Source of the DNA: a virus
IMG/VR virus record: IMGVR_UViG_3300008952_000003
Coordinates: 64,001-128,000 of that record
Direction: 5' to 3' (one strand)
Length of the DNA stretch: 64,000 bases
The position numbers and the translations under genes are program-made. Positions within the stretch are counted from its first letter, which is position 1. Every line of letters starts with the position of its first letter. The notes under the pieces were generated by a model. It ran no database searches. It was given only the letters and a program-made list of their open reading frames with translations, and was not told the DNA's origin. Positions 56,224-64,000 of the stretch are shown here, one piece after another.

Positions 56224-59200
56224 ATGGGACACTTGGGACACTATCATGATTTAATAACCTCACTTACGTTTGAGACTGAATCTGGGATAGAATCAGGCAC
56301 AATCGGTGCAATCAAGATCAAGGAGCTTATTCGCGGTGATACTTGGGGTGCAATCAAAGCCACTGGGCCCCCTGGCCTGCTCGTGGAAACCGCCACTTCC
56401 ATCGCAGGTACCCTAACTCCAAACGTGACTTCGACAGCCAAGCTACAAGAAGAGTTGAATAATTTCAAATACAACAGCGAAATCACATTCAAAGTCTTTA
56501 TAGAGTCTACTGGGGTTAGCCCTGCTGCTTTCGGGGCATCCGAGAGCGATGACAGAAAAGACGTTATAGAGGACAATGTTGGAATCAGTGCCCTCGATAT
56601 TTTGGCATACAATCTTCTTGAGTCGGACACCTATACGACTTTATTGGCCCTACAAGAAGATAACTTGAGATCGGGCCGCTCCGAAGATCTGGTTAGTACC
56701 GACTCCGAGTTGCTCGGCGCCGCCGCCATCGATCTAGCCATAGGCCCTTCAGGGAGATTGGCCTACGAAGCCGCGTCCGCGGCCCTCTCTTTGATCAAGG
56801 AGGAAGAAGACCTCCAAGCCTTGGAGGAAAGACACAACCAGTTCCTAAAGGGTGGCGCGGAGGCAAAAGAAGCGTCAAAAGAAGATATAGAGAAATCAGC
56901 ACAGGATGTCAAAATTCACATGCAGTCACTATTGGCATCCCACTTGACAACGCTCGCAGCCTTCAACAAGGGCGCCCGCGCAGAATTGATGCCACGCTAT
57001 GAGAAGACATTTTTGTTGGACGGCCCTCCTTCCCAACTGGTGAACAAACTAACATATGTTCCGGGCTCAGAGGCGTTTGCCAATATAACGGTTCCGGAAG
57101 CATCTTCTCTGGTTCCAATGATTAGATTATTTAAGGTTTTGTATAATTCGAAGGGCGAACTCGACAGAGAGAGGCCAGAGATTGAGTTAATTTTCAAAAC
57201 GTTTACTGATGTCGATAGCGATTTCATGTCGGGCAACGGCGCCGGAAGATCCGGAGTGGGAATAAAATCGTTTGATTGGCAATACAATGGAACAAATCCA
57301 GCAACCGTCAAGAACGATATAACTGCGAAACTAGTGCTATACTTTCAGAACTTTAATGATCTCTTAAAGGAGCAAGAAAATGGATTTAAATATGTTGATT
57401 TGTTGATACGCAGTAGCCCGACTGGAGAAGCAGATAAAGATAAATCAATAGAAGATCCAAATGAAACTGGGATCGTAGAAAATAAATCTACAACAACCGG
57501 CGATTCAAAGAACTTTGAAATAAAAGCTCAAGTCGGATGGTCTCCAAATCCACAATACGCCGAAGAGGTGAGCGTAAATCCAGATTTGGCAAAGAGTATA
57601 AAAAATCAACAGGTAAGTCTGTTCCTTACCCTCGTAGAGCACGAGTTTAGCATCAGACAGGATGGAACTTTTGAGTTGACAATCGATTATCGAGGAAGAA
57701 TAGACGGAATTATGATGGAAAAGCGAGCAGACGTCATCCTCGATGGAGAGGTTCAGAGGCAAATGTGCGAACTTACCAACAAGTTAGAGGAGGCAAAGTC
57801 CGGCTGCTTTCAGGACGAAATCGAAGGCCTCGAAGAGCAGATAGAAGAAGTAAAAACTAGAGCTAAATTTGAATCACACACTAAGATATTTACAGATTTA
57901 CTAAGCACTGGAAGACTTTACTATGCCAAAATTGATAAAAACGCTTGGGAGGAAGCTGATAAAAAAATAGTAAATTTGCAGCCAGGAGACATTGGGATAT
58001 CCACGGATGAAGCAAGCGTTCTTTATCAGGCGGACGCAGATATATTGAAGAAAGAGATGCAAATCGCTTTTGGCGAGCGCCCCGATGTTAATGTCGGAGG
58101 CTGCACCTCTTTGAGTGAAAGGTCCGCACAATTGCTCTCCCCCTTTACTGTCGTTAACGACGCGGCATGGAATTTCGGCCTTGATCTGGTGGGCATAGAT
58201 CCTCTTGGTCACGACGGTTCGGCCTACAGCCTAGCTCCTGATGATAGTGAATTTTGGCAGTGTTTCAAGGACCAATATAACTATGTATCTGGCCAAGAGA
58301 CCCCAGGGGGAGAGTTGCAGGTCGCCGATGAGGTGGAATTTAAAAATGGCCAACTTGGTGAGAAATACGGTCTCCGCGAAGACGATGGCGCACTAATCAT
58401 TCCCTACTTCTTTCTTGGGGATCTAATCGATATTGCGGCCCGCAAGGCCCTCGGGAGCCAAAACGAGACATCTGACGAATCAGAGTGTAATACCTATTTT
58501 CACCCAAACAGGGTTGATCACTTGGGAATAATATTGGGATGCTTAGAGATAGCTCCCCACGGAAATCAAACGGGCTGGCAGCAAATTAATATTGGAGACA
58601 TTCCTATATGTCTTCCTTATTTTAGAGATTGGTGGGCTCGCCATACTACAAAATCCTCAAAAAATAACTATCCATTGATTAAATTCATTCGCGATTGTCT
58701 CAAGGATTTCGCGCTGGAAGCCCTCGGAGACGATCTTTTCGACGGAATGAGATCCCAAAAACTCCTAATAAGAGACGCGTCAATTAATATCCCAGCACAT
58801 ACGCCAGGAATAAATCCCATAAGGCAGAGAATTAGAGAATCGATAAGCGAGCCAGCATATCACGATAAACTTATAGCATCCAGATTAGATCTTAGTATGA
58901 TACCAAACTCTAGACCTATGCAGCTTGTCAATTCGCCAAATTTGACACCGAATGACATGTATTTTTACAAGGTATTTTATTTGGTGAATGACTCTCCGGA
59001 TTATCTGAAGGGAAATAAGGCCGAAGATCTAGAAAGAGGCATACAGCACGTAGTAATGGGTTCCAGATCTGGACTCCTCAAGGAAGCTAACTTTTCAAGA
59101 TCTACGGCAGCAGGACTTCGAGAACAAAGAGTGGTAGAAGAATCAGAGTTTAATCCCCTCTCTCATTTAGCGGATGTCTATAACATCGATGTGAGAATGA

Positions 59201-59547
59201 TAGGGAATACCATGTTTTTTCCTGGTCAATACGTCTACTTAAATCCAATAGGTTTTGGCACCAAGCTGGGAAACCCTTCGGATCCTGGCTCGCCATCGCG
59301 AGCTATGGGATTGGGAGGATATCACTTGATTACACAAGTTTCTAGTTTCATTGATGCTGGAAAATTTGAGACATCCATTGAGGCTCTTTGGGAAACCAGT
59401 GGAGGCGAAGGATCTCGCAGAAACGAGAGAGGACAAAGAACCGAGACAACAAAGTGTTCTTCAAAGGTCGGTACTTTAAACGACGCCCTTGCATCCGCTA
59501 TAGCAGGATCCACAGGAACTGATAGCACCATAGAACTTCCAGAATAA
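56224..59547 (+). CDS. baseplate hub protein (gp27-like), large
   Basis: Follows the LysM gene; C-terminal YNIDVRMIGNTMFFPGQYVYL...GGYHLITQVSSFI...FETSIE hub motif. Confidence 0.7.
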   Translation: MGHLGHYHDLITSLTFETESGIESGTIGAIKIKELIRGDTWGAIKATGPPGLLVETATSIAGTLTPNVTSTAKLQEELNNFKYNSEITFKVFIESTGVSPAAFGASESDDRKDVIEDNVGISALDILAYNLLESDTYTTLLALQEDNLRSGRSEDLVSTDSELLGAAAIDLAIGPSGRLAYEAASAALSLIKEEEDLQALEERHNQFLKGGAEAKEASKEDIEKSAQDVKIHMQSLLASHLTTLAAFNKGARAELMPRYEKTFLLDGPPSQLVNKLTYVPGSEAFANITVPEASSLVPMIRLFKVLYNSKGELDRERPEIELIFKTFTDVDSDFMSGNGAGRSGVGIKSFDWQYNGTNPATVKNDITAKLVLYFQNFNDLLKEQENGFKYVDLLIRSSPTGEADKDKSIEDPNETGIVENKSTTTGDSKNFEIKAQVGWSPNPQYAEEVSVNPDLAKSIKNQQVSLFLTLVEHEFSIRQDGTFELTIDYRGRIDGIMMEKRADVILDGEVQRQMCELTNKLEEAKSGCFQDEIEGLEEQIEEVKTRAKFESHTKIFTDLLSTGRLYYAKIDKNAWEEADKKIVNLQPGDIGISTDEASVLYQADADILKKEMQIAFGERPDVNVGGCTSLSERSAQLLSPFTVVNDAAWNFGLDLVGIDPLGHDGSAYSLAPDDSEFWQCFKDQYNYVSGQETPGGELQVADEVEFKNGQLGEKYGLREDDGALIIPYFFLGDLIDIAARKALGSQNETSDESECNTYFHPNRVDHLGIILGCLEIAPHGNQTGWQQINIGDIPICLPYFRDWWARHTTKSSKNNYPLIKFIRDCLKDFALEALGDDLFDGMRSQKLLIRDASINIPAHTPGINPIRQRIRESISEPAYHDKLIASRLDLSMIPNSRPMQLVNSPNLTPNDMYFYKVFYLVNDSPDYLKGNKAEDLERGIQHVVMGSRSGLLKEANFSRSTAAGLREQRVVEESEFNPLSHLADVYNIDVRMIGNTMFFPGQYVYLNPIGFGTKLGNPSDPGSPSRAMGLGGYHLITQVSSFIDAGKFETSIEALWETSGGEGSRRNERGQRTETTKCSSKVGTLNDALASAIAGSTGTDSTIELPE

Positions 59548-59562
59548 AAGGTAACAATAGAG

Positions 59563-60849
59563 ATGGCTAACAATTTTTTAATCAATAACGACATTTTTTT
59601 TGGTAAAAATGATTTAGATTCGCAAGATTATTTTTATTCTAGAATGGCCTACTCAGTATATGCTTTTCGTGATCACGAGGAAATGAAAAAGAAGGGGGTG
59701 ATTAGGGATTTTTGGTTCGCAGAGAATATGTTATATGGAAAAGTTAATTCCTCTTTTTTTGCCATCGAGCCCAGACATGAGGTATTGGTACCCATCCAGG
59801 GAACTGACGATCAGTTTACTCTCCCTTTCATCGCTGATGCCTTTAATGAGTTTGAAAAAGAGATTCGAAATGCGATTTTGTCTGGAAAGATTAGCAATAT
59901 GCCGTTCTTGAGGCAACTTAAGGTCTACAAATCAACCGAATCGATAAATCGACTATATTCTGGATTGACAACAATTATGACAAGCAAGATTGTTAGGCTC
60001 TTGACAAAGACCAGAAAATCTGATAATATAATAAACTTTGAAGATTTTATGGTACACTTTGAAGATTTTATGCTGGAATACAGCAATAACAATATCGTAA
60101 CCAAATCATCCTTCGTGATGTCCAATGACGTCGGCCTCCCGCATACTGCCTTGGCTCTGGAGCTTGCAGAAGCAGAATACGCATCAGATTTCGAAAAAGC
60201 CAACGACTTCATCAATGACCCAGAATACGCCTATTATCTTAAAGTAGCTGAGAAATACGGGTTTTATGTTGACAAGAATGTTCCTTGGCGACTTGTAGCA
60301 AACCTATCTTCTCGCGCCATGCAACTCTTCATAGAGGAGTCTGGAAGCTCCAGCGGACTGGATTCGATCTTGGCATCAAATTTTCGAAAAGCGTACATCA
60401 ATGATCTTGGTGCTTTGAAGTTCTGTGCCTACAATGCTTACAGCACAATTGTATCTTCGAGACCAAACATTTCCAAGACATTTCAAGAAAATAGAAAGCT
60501 GTTCACCTCATTTGAAAAAAGAATTCCAGTCACCCCCGAAGAGGTAGATGTCTTATATCCCGATGAAAGGTGGCTGCAGCTATATATTAAGATCAAGAAC
60601 AATGAAAAGAAGCTTGATTTTAACGAGCAAGAAATCAAGAGAATAACAAAAAATTCAATTAGTTTAAAGAATTTGCTTGACACGAGGGAAGCAATGGGGT
60701 ATATTAATAGAGTGTTTCGAGATATTCCGTCATTAGAGGGATCATTCAATGATCTTCAGAATAAGAACTTTTTTAAAAATGTAAAAGATCGCCCATTTTC
60801 AGATTATAGAAATTTCCTAACAAAAACGACCAAAATAAAAAAGAGGTAA
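59563..60849 (+). CDS. hypothetical protein
   Basis: 428-aa ORF with no recognised motif. Confidence 0.7.
   Translation: MANNFLINNDIFFGKNDLDSQDYFYSRMAYSVYAFRDHEEMKKKGVIRDFWFAENMLYGKVNSSFFAIEPRHEVLVPIQGTDDQFTLPFIADAFNEFEKEIRNAILSGKISNMPFLRQLKVYKSTESINRLYSGLTTIMTSKIVRLLTKTRKSDNIINFEDFMVHFEDFMLEYSNNNIVTKSSFVMSNDVGLPHTALALELAEAEYASDFEKANDFINDPEYAYYLKVAEKYGFYVDKNVPWRLVANLSSRAMQLFIEESGSSSGLDSILASNFRKAYINDLGALKFCAYNAYSTIVSSRPNISKTFQENRKLFTSFEKRIPVTPEEVDVLYPDERWLQLYIKIKNNEKKLDFNEQEIKRITKNSISLKNLLDTREAMGYINRVFRDIPSLEGSFNDLQNKNFFKNVKDRPFSDYRNFLTKTTKIKKR
60677..60705 (+). promoter_or_regulatory. sigma70-type promoter inside the 3' end of the upstream gene (polA/tubulin)
   Basis: TTGACA 60677-60682, 17 nt, TATATT 60700-60705. 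Confidence 0.65.
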
Positions 60850-60851
60850 GA

Positions 60852-62036
60852 TTGCTATTTCAGACACTTGACGATAAGAGAGAGTGTGTCGGTATATATT
60901 ATGAAGGCGATCTTTTGTTCAATCAGTCCCTCCCGACAGACCTGACTCACACTTGGTCATATTCCAGTTTTCTGGCAGATCGAGATATTGAGTATGCTAA
61001 GATTTATTGTGGGGGATTATCCCTGCGAGAAGCTTGTCCTGACCACCTAGCAGAGCGCTGGAGCCACGTAGAAGAGAAGCTTAGATCTTTCCTTAAATCT
61101 TTTCATACAGCCCGTGTATCGCTCGATAAGAACTGTTTTTTTGATTTAGTGCCTAGAAAGTTCCTTTTGGAGATGAGCTATGTAAAGAACATGATTTGTG
61201 AATATATTTTTGCGAATTATGAAAAGCCCAAAGACTACGATTATCTCTTATCCCTGACTAAGGATATCGAAGAGATAAGACATAGGAAGTTGAACATAAA
61301 CTCAAAAAATCTATCACTGTACAAATCAAAGCATAGAAAATTTGCACGAAAACTAAACGAACTGGAGCCTTACTGCAAGTTCAATATTAATGGCACGAAA
61401 ACGGGGCGCCTAACGAGCAACCCTGCAGGCTTCCCCATCCTCACTCTGGCCAAAGAACTTCGTTGTGTGATTGAACCCAAGAATGACTATTTCGTCGAGC
61501 TTGATTTCAATGCTGCCGAATTGAGAACTCTCATGGCGCTACAAGGAAAGAGCCAGCCAAAAGGAGATATTCATATGTGGAATATTAAAAATGTTTTTCG
61601 AGGCATTGGAACGAGAGAAGAAGCCAAAAGGAGAATATTTGCGTGGCTATACAATCCGGAAAGTCACGACTATCTGTGTGAAAGGTTCTATGATAGAGAG
61701 TCGATAGTTAAAAAATATTTTACCCAAGGACAAGTAACCACCTTTTTCGATAAGAGAATAGTCTCAGAGAAGAGAACTGCCCTAAACTACATCATTCAGA
61801 GTACGTGTGCAGAAAATGTTTTGAGGCAAATGATTAAAGTATCTAATTACTTAAAAGGGTCGAATTCACATCTGGCTTTTCCGATTCACGACTCCGTAGT
61901 CCTAGACATGACAAAAGAAGATTTAAGCAACTTGCCAAAAATCATAGATATCTTTTCAGACACAGAACTGGGGAAATTCAAGGTTAATGTCAGTAAGGGT
62001 GTGAACTTCGGCCAACTAGTGAAAGTGAGGGCCTAA
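60852..62036 (+). CDS. polA: minimal family A DNA polymerase-like protein
   Basis: TTG start; TKTGRLTS, motif A ELDFNAAELR, motif B REEAKRRIFAWLY, ALNYIIQSTCA, motif C PIHDSVVLD. Confidence 0.85.
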   Translation: MLFQTLDDKRECVGIYYEGDLLFNQSLPTDLTHTWSYSSFLADRDIEYAKIYCGGLSLREACPDHLAERWSHVEEKLRSFLKSFHTARVSLDKNCFFDLVPRKFLLEMSYVKNMICEYIFANYEKPKDYDYLLSLTKDIEEIRHRKLNINSKNLSLYKSKHRKFARKLNELEPYCKFNINGTKTGRLTSNPAGFPILTLAKELRCVIEPKNDYFVELDFNAAELRTLMALQGKSQPKGDIHMWNIKNVFRGIGTREEAKRRIFAWLYNPESHDYLCERFYDRESIVKKYFTQGQVTTFFDKRIVSEKRTALNYIIQSTCAENVLRQMIKVSNYLKGSNSHLAFPIHDSVVLDMTKEDLSNLPKIIDIFSDTELGKFKVNVSKGVNFGQLVKVRA

Positions 62037-62038
62037 TT

Positions 62039-62878
62039 TTGAATATCGTAGGCATAGGATCCGCAGGATGCAACATAGCAAGCCACTTCGGCGAATATCC
62101 ACAATATGAAATATACAAGATTGATGTTGGCATCGAAGGGGAGAGATGCTACAGCGTCCCGCACTGTGAGACTGCCGAAGAGTACGAGGCAGTAAAACTA
62201 CCAAGAATGAAGACATTCTTTAAGGGTATGAAAGGCGAAACACTTGTTGTGGTTGGTGGCTCGGGAAAAATTTCTTGTGCGTCTCTTCGTATCTTGGAGA
62301 ACATTAAAAAACTACCAATTTCAATTTTATATATAAAGCCAGATATGACATTATTGAATGGCTCCTCCCTTCTACGCGAACGTGTTGTATTTGGGGTCTT
62401 GCAGGAATATACAAGATCGGGAGTTTTTGAAAAGATGTATCTCGTATCAAACGAGATGCTAGATGAGATACTTGATGGCGCTCCGATTATAGGATATCAT
62501 GAGAGGCTCAATGAAATCCTGGTTCCAACATTTCATATGCTAAACGTATTCAGCAACAATGAACCGATCATCGGAAAGATAGAGAAGCCGAAAATCACAC
62601 ATAGAATTGTGACCCTCGGCCTATACGATCCCGACCAAAATCAGGAAAAAAAGTTTTTTTCGCTTGACAATGTGAGAGAAAAATGCTATATTTATGGTAT
62701 CAACGAAGAGAAGCTTAAGAATGACGGAAAGTTATTCAAGAAGATAATGAGTCAAGTGAAATCGAAATCAGAAGAAAATGTTAAGATATCCTACGCCGTG
62801 TATTCTACGAATTATGACTATGATATCGCGTATGTTATCGAAAGAACTCCATACGTTCAGGCTCAAAATAATGAATAA
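62039..62878 (+). CDS. divergent tubulin/FtsZ-family protein
   Basis: TTG start; IVGIGSAGCNIA phosphate loop, IDV, degenerate GGSGK loop, LVSNEML, ERLNEIL. Confidence 0.7.
   Translation: MNIVGIGSAGCNIASHFGEYPQYEIYKIDVGIEGERCYSVPHCETAEEYEAVKLPRMKTFFKGMKGETLVVVGGSGKISCASLRILENIKKLPISILYIKPDMTLLNGSSLLRERVVFGVLQEYTRSGVFEKMYLVSNEMLDEILDGAPIIGYHERLNEILVPTFHMLNVFSNNEPIIGKIEKPKITHRIVTLGLYDPDQNQEKKFFSLDNVREKCYIYGINEEKLKNDGKLFKKIMSQVKSKSEENVKISYAVYSTNYDYDIAYVIERTPYVQAQNNE
62664..62692 (+). promoter_or_regulatory. sigma70-type promoter with extended -10, inside the tubulin-like gene
   Basis: TTGACA 62664-62669, 17 nt, TG 62684-62685, TATATT 62687-62692. Confidence 0.65.
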
Positions 62879-62893
62879 ATTTTAATAAAGTTC

Positions 62894-62922
62894 TTGACAA
62901 TCTGGAAGGATTGTGTTATATT
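62894..62922 (+). promoter_or_regulatory. sigma70-type promoter with extended -10 (gp32)
   Basis: TTGACA 62894-62899, 17 nt, TG 62914-62915, TATATT 62917-62922; AT-rich upstream. Confidence 0.8.
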
Positions 62923-63035
62923 AATACTAATGATAACGTTACTGTTGTTATTGATTTAAGACAAAAAAATAGCAGAATAAGAGATTTGTTATTCTGACTT
63001 TAGCCGAATGGCACACTACACTAGGAGAAAATTAA

Positions 63036-63815
63036 ATGGGATTAGATTTAACAAAAATTCGAGCACGACTCGATACTGTAAAGAGCAATGGAAAGGCAGG
63101 CGGTTCTTTTTGGCGTCCACAGGATGGACAACAAGTTATTCGAATTGTTCCGACTTCCGACGGAGACCCCTTCAAGGATTATTGGTTTCACTATAATCTC
63201 GGCCCCGAGCAGCGCGGCGGACTATTATGCCCGAAGAAGAATCACGATGAGGCATGCCCCATCTGTGATTTCAAAGATCAACTTTGGAAGGAATATAACG
63301 CCACTCAAGACACGGATACTCTTAAGTTGGCAAAAGACATGACTCCTCGACAGAGGTTTTTCTCTCCCGTTATGGTGCGAGGGGAGGAATCAGAAGGTAT
63401 TCGAATTTGGGGATATGGTAAAGAGGCTTATACCTCCTTGCTCAACCTGGTTCTAAATCCAGAATATGGCGACATCACTGACGTCGATGATGGAACCGAC
63501 CTGACTTTGACCTACGGAAAGCCTCCTGGGGCGAATTTTCCAAAAACAACTTTGACCCCCCGACGCCGCACTTCGCCACTTTGCGACGAAGCTGTCGGTG
63601 GAGATGATGAGTGCTCTCGTTTGTTGGAAAACATTCCTAAATTCGATAACCTGTTTCAGGTAAAGACGCCAGAAGAGGTTCAGGAGACTCTTGATACGTT
63701 TGCTAGCTCGCTCGGCGAAGCTTCAGATACGCCCGAGAAATCTGAAATTTATGAACCATCTTCTTCTGACACCCCAGAAGTTTTGGCAGCCTTTAACGAG
63801 TTGACAGGAAATTAA
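63036..63815 (+). CDS. gp32: single-stranded DNA-binding protein (T4 gp32-like)
   Basis: FWRPQDG.QVIRIVP, WFHY, CPK..HDEACPICD, RQRFFSPVMVRGEE, IWGYGK, DITDVDDGTDL, acidic tail; RBS AGGAG. Confidence 0.9.
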   Translation: MGLDLTKIRARLDTVKSNGKAGGSFWRPQDGQQVIRIVPTSDGDPFKDYWFHYNLGPEQRGGLLCPKKNHDEACPICDFKDQLWKEYNATQDTDTLKLAKDMTPRQRFFSPVMVRGEESEGIRIWGYGKEAYTSLLNLVLNPEYGDITDVDDGTDLTLTYGKPPGANFPKTTLTPRRRTSPLCDEAVGGDDECSRLLENIPKFDNLFQVKTPEEVQETLDTFASSLGEASDTPEKSEIYEPSSSDTPEVLAAFNELTGN

Positions 63816-63878
63816 AATACATGCCGCAGGTGGGGCACGGGCTTACAGGTGTCCCAAATTTATAAATAAAGGATTATT

Positions 63879-64000
63879 ATGTCTACAGTAAAAAATGGTG
63901 ATCACGTTTTGGTCAATTATCGTGGAACGCTTGCCGATGGAGAAGAGTTTGACAACTCGTATACACGAGGGGCCCCGCTCCCCGTAGAAGTCGGAGATAA
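63879..64000 (+). CDS. FKBP-type peptidyl-prolyl isomerase (partial, runs off the window)
   Basis: MSTVKNGDHVLVNYRGTLADGEEFDNSY matches GD.V.VHY.G.L.DG..FDSS; TATAAATA at 63861-63868 and AAGGA upstream. Confidence 0.8.
   Translation, partial: MSTVKNGDHVLVNYRGTLADGEEFDNSYTRGAPLPVEVGD

Noticed and set aside
63008-63196. 62-aa ORF overlapping the gp32 start
   Set aside because: Alternative-frame ORF with no RBS; the AGGAG at about 63022 serves ATG 63036.
1-64000. Stop-codon reassignment (seen in some large phages)
   Set aside because: Core genes are full length in the standard code, and TAA, TAG and TGA all end genes at sensible positions.
1-64000. tRNA, rRNA, integrase or IS elements
   Set aside because: Intergenic gaps are short and I recognised no cloverleaf, transposase or recombinase motifs; a tRNAscan run would be definitive.

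Overview
64 kb of a large T4-like (myovirus-type) tailed phage genome. All credible genes are on the + strand and read in the standard genetic code. Order: two large unknown, probably virion, proteins; three tail-collar/baseplate-like genes; a DNA-metabolism island (RuvC-like resolvase, DnaG primase, fused Mre11-Rad50); two LamG fibre proteins; a holin/spanin-like cassette; terminase, portal and prohead protease; fibre/tailspike genes; ribosomal protein bS21; scaffold and major capsid; neck/tail-completion genes running directly into a YeaH(vWA)-SpoVR-PrkA(AAA+) triad; a repeat-rich fibre; sheath, tube, tail-assembly chaperone (candidate +1 frameshift), tape measure and baseplate; then a minimal PolA, a divergent tubulin/FtsZ, a gp32-like SSB and a partial FKBP. 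Two promoter classes are visible. A recurrent ACTA(T/C/A)TTA(T/A) motif precedes virion genes, and TTGACA-17 bp-TATA(T/C)T sigma70 promoters precede replication genes. The best candidate for an undescribed system is the intact yeaH-spoVR-prkA triad wired into the late neck operon. All assignments come from motif recognition by eye; no database searches were run and site counts are manual.
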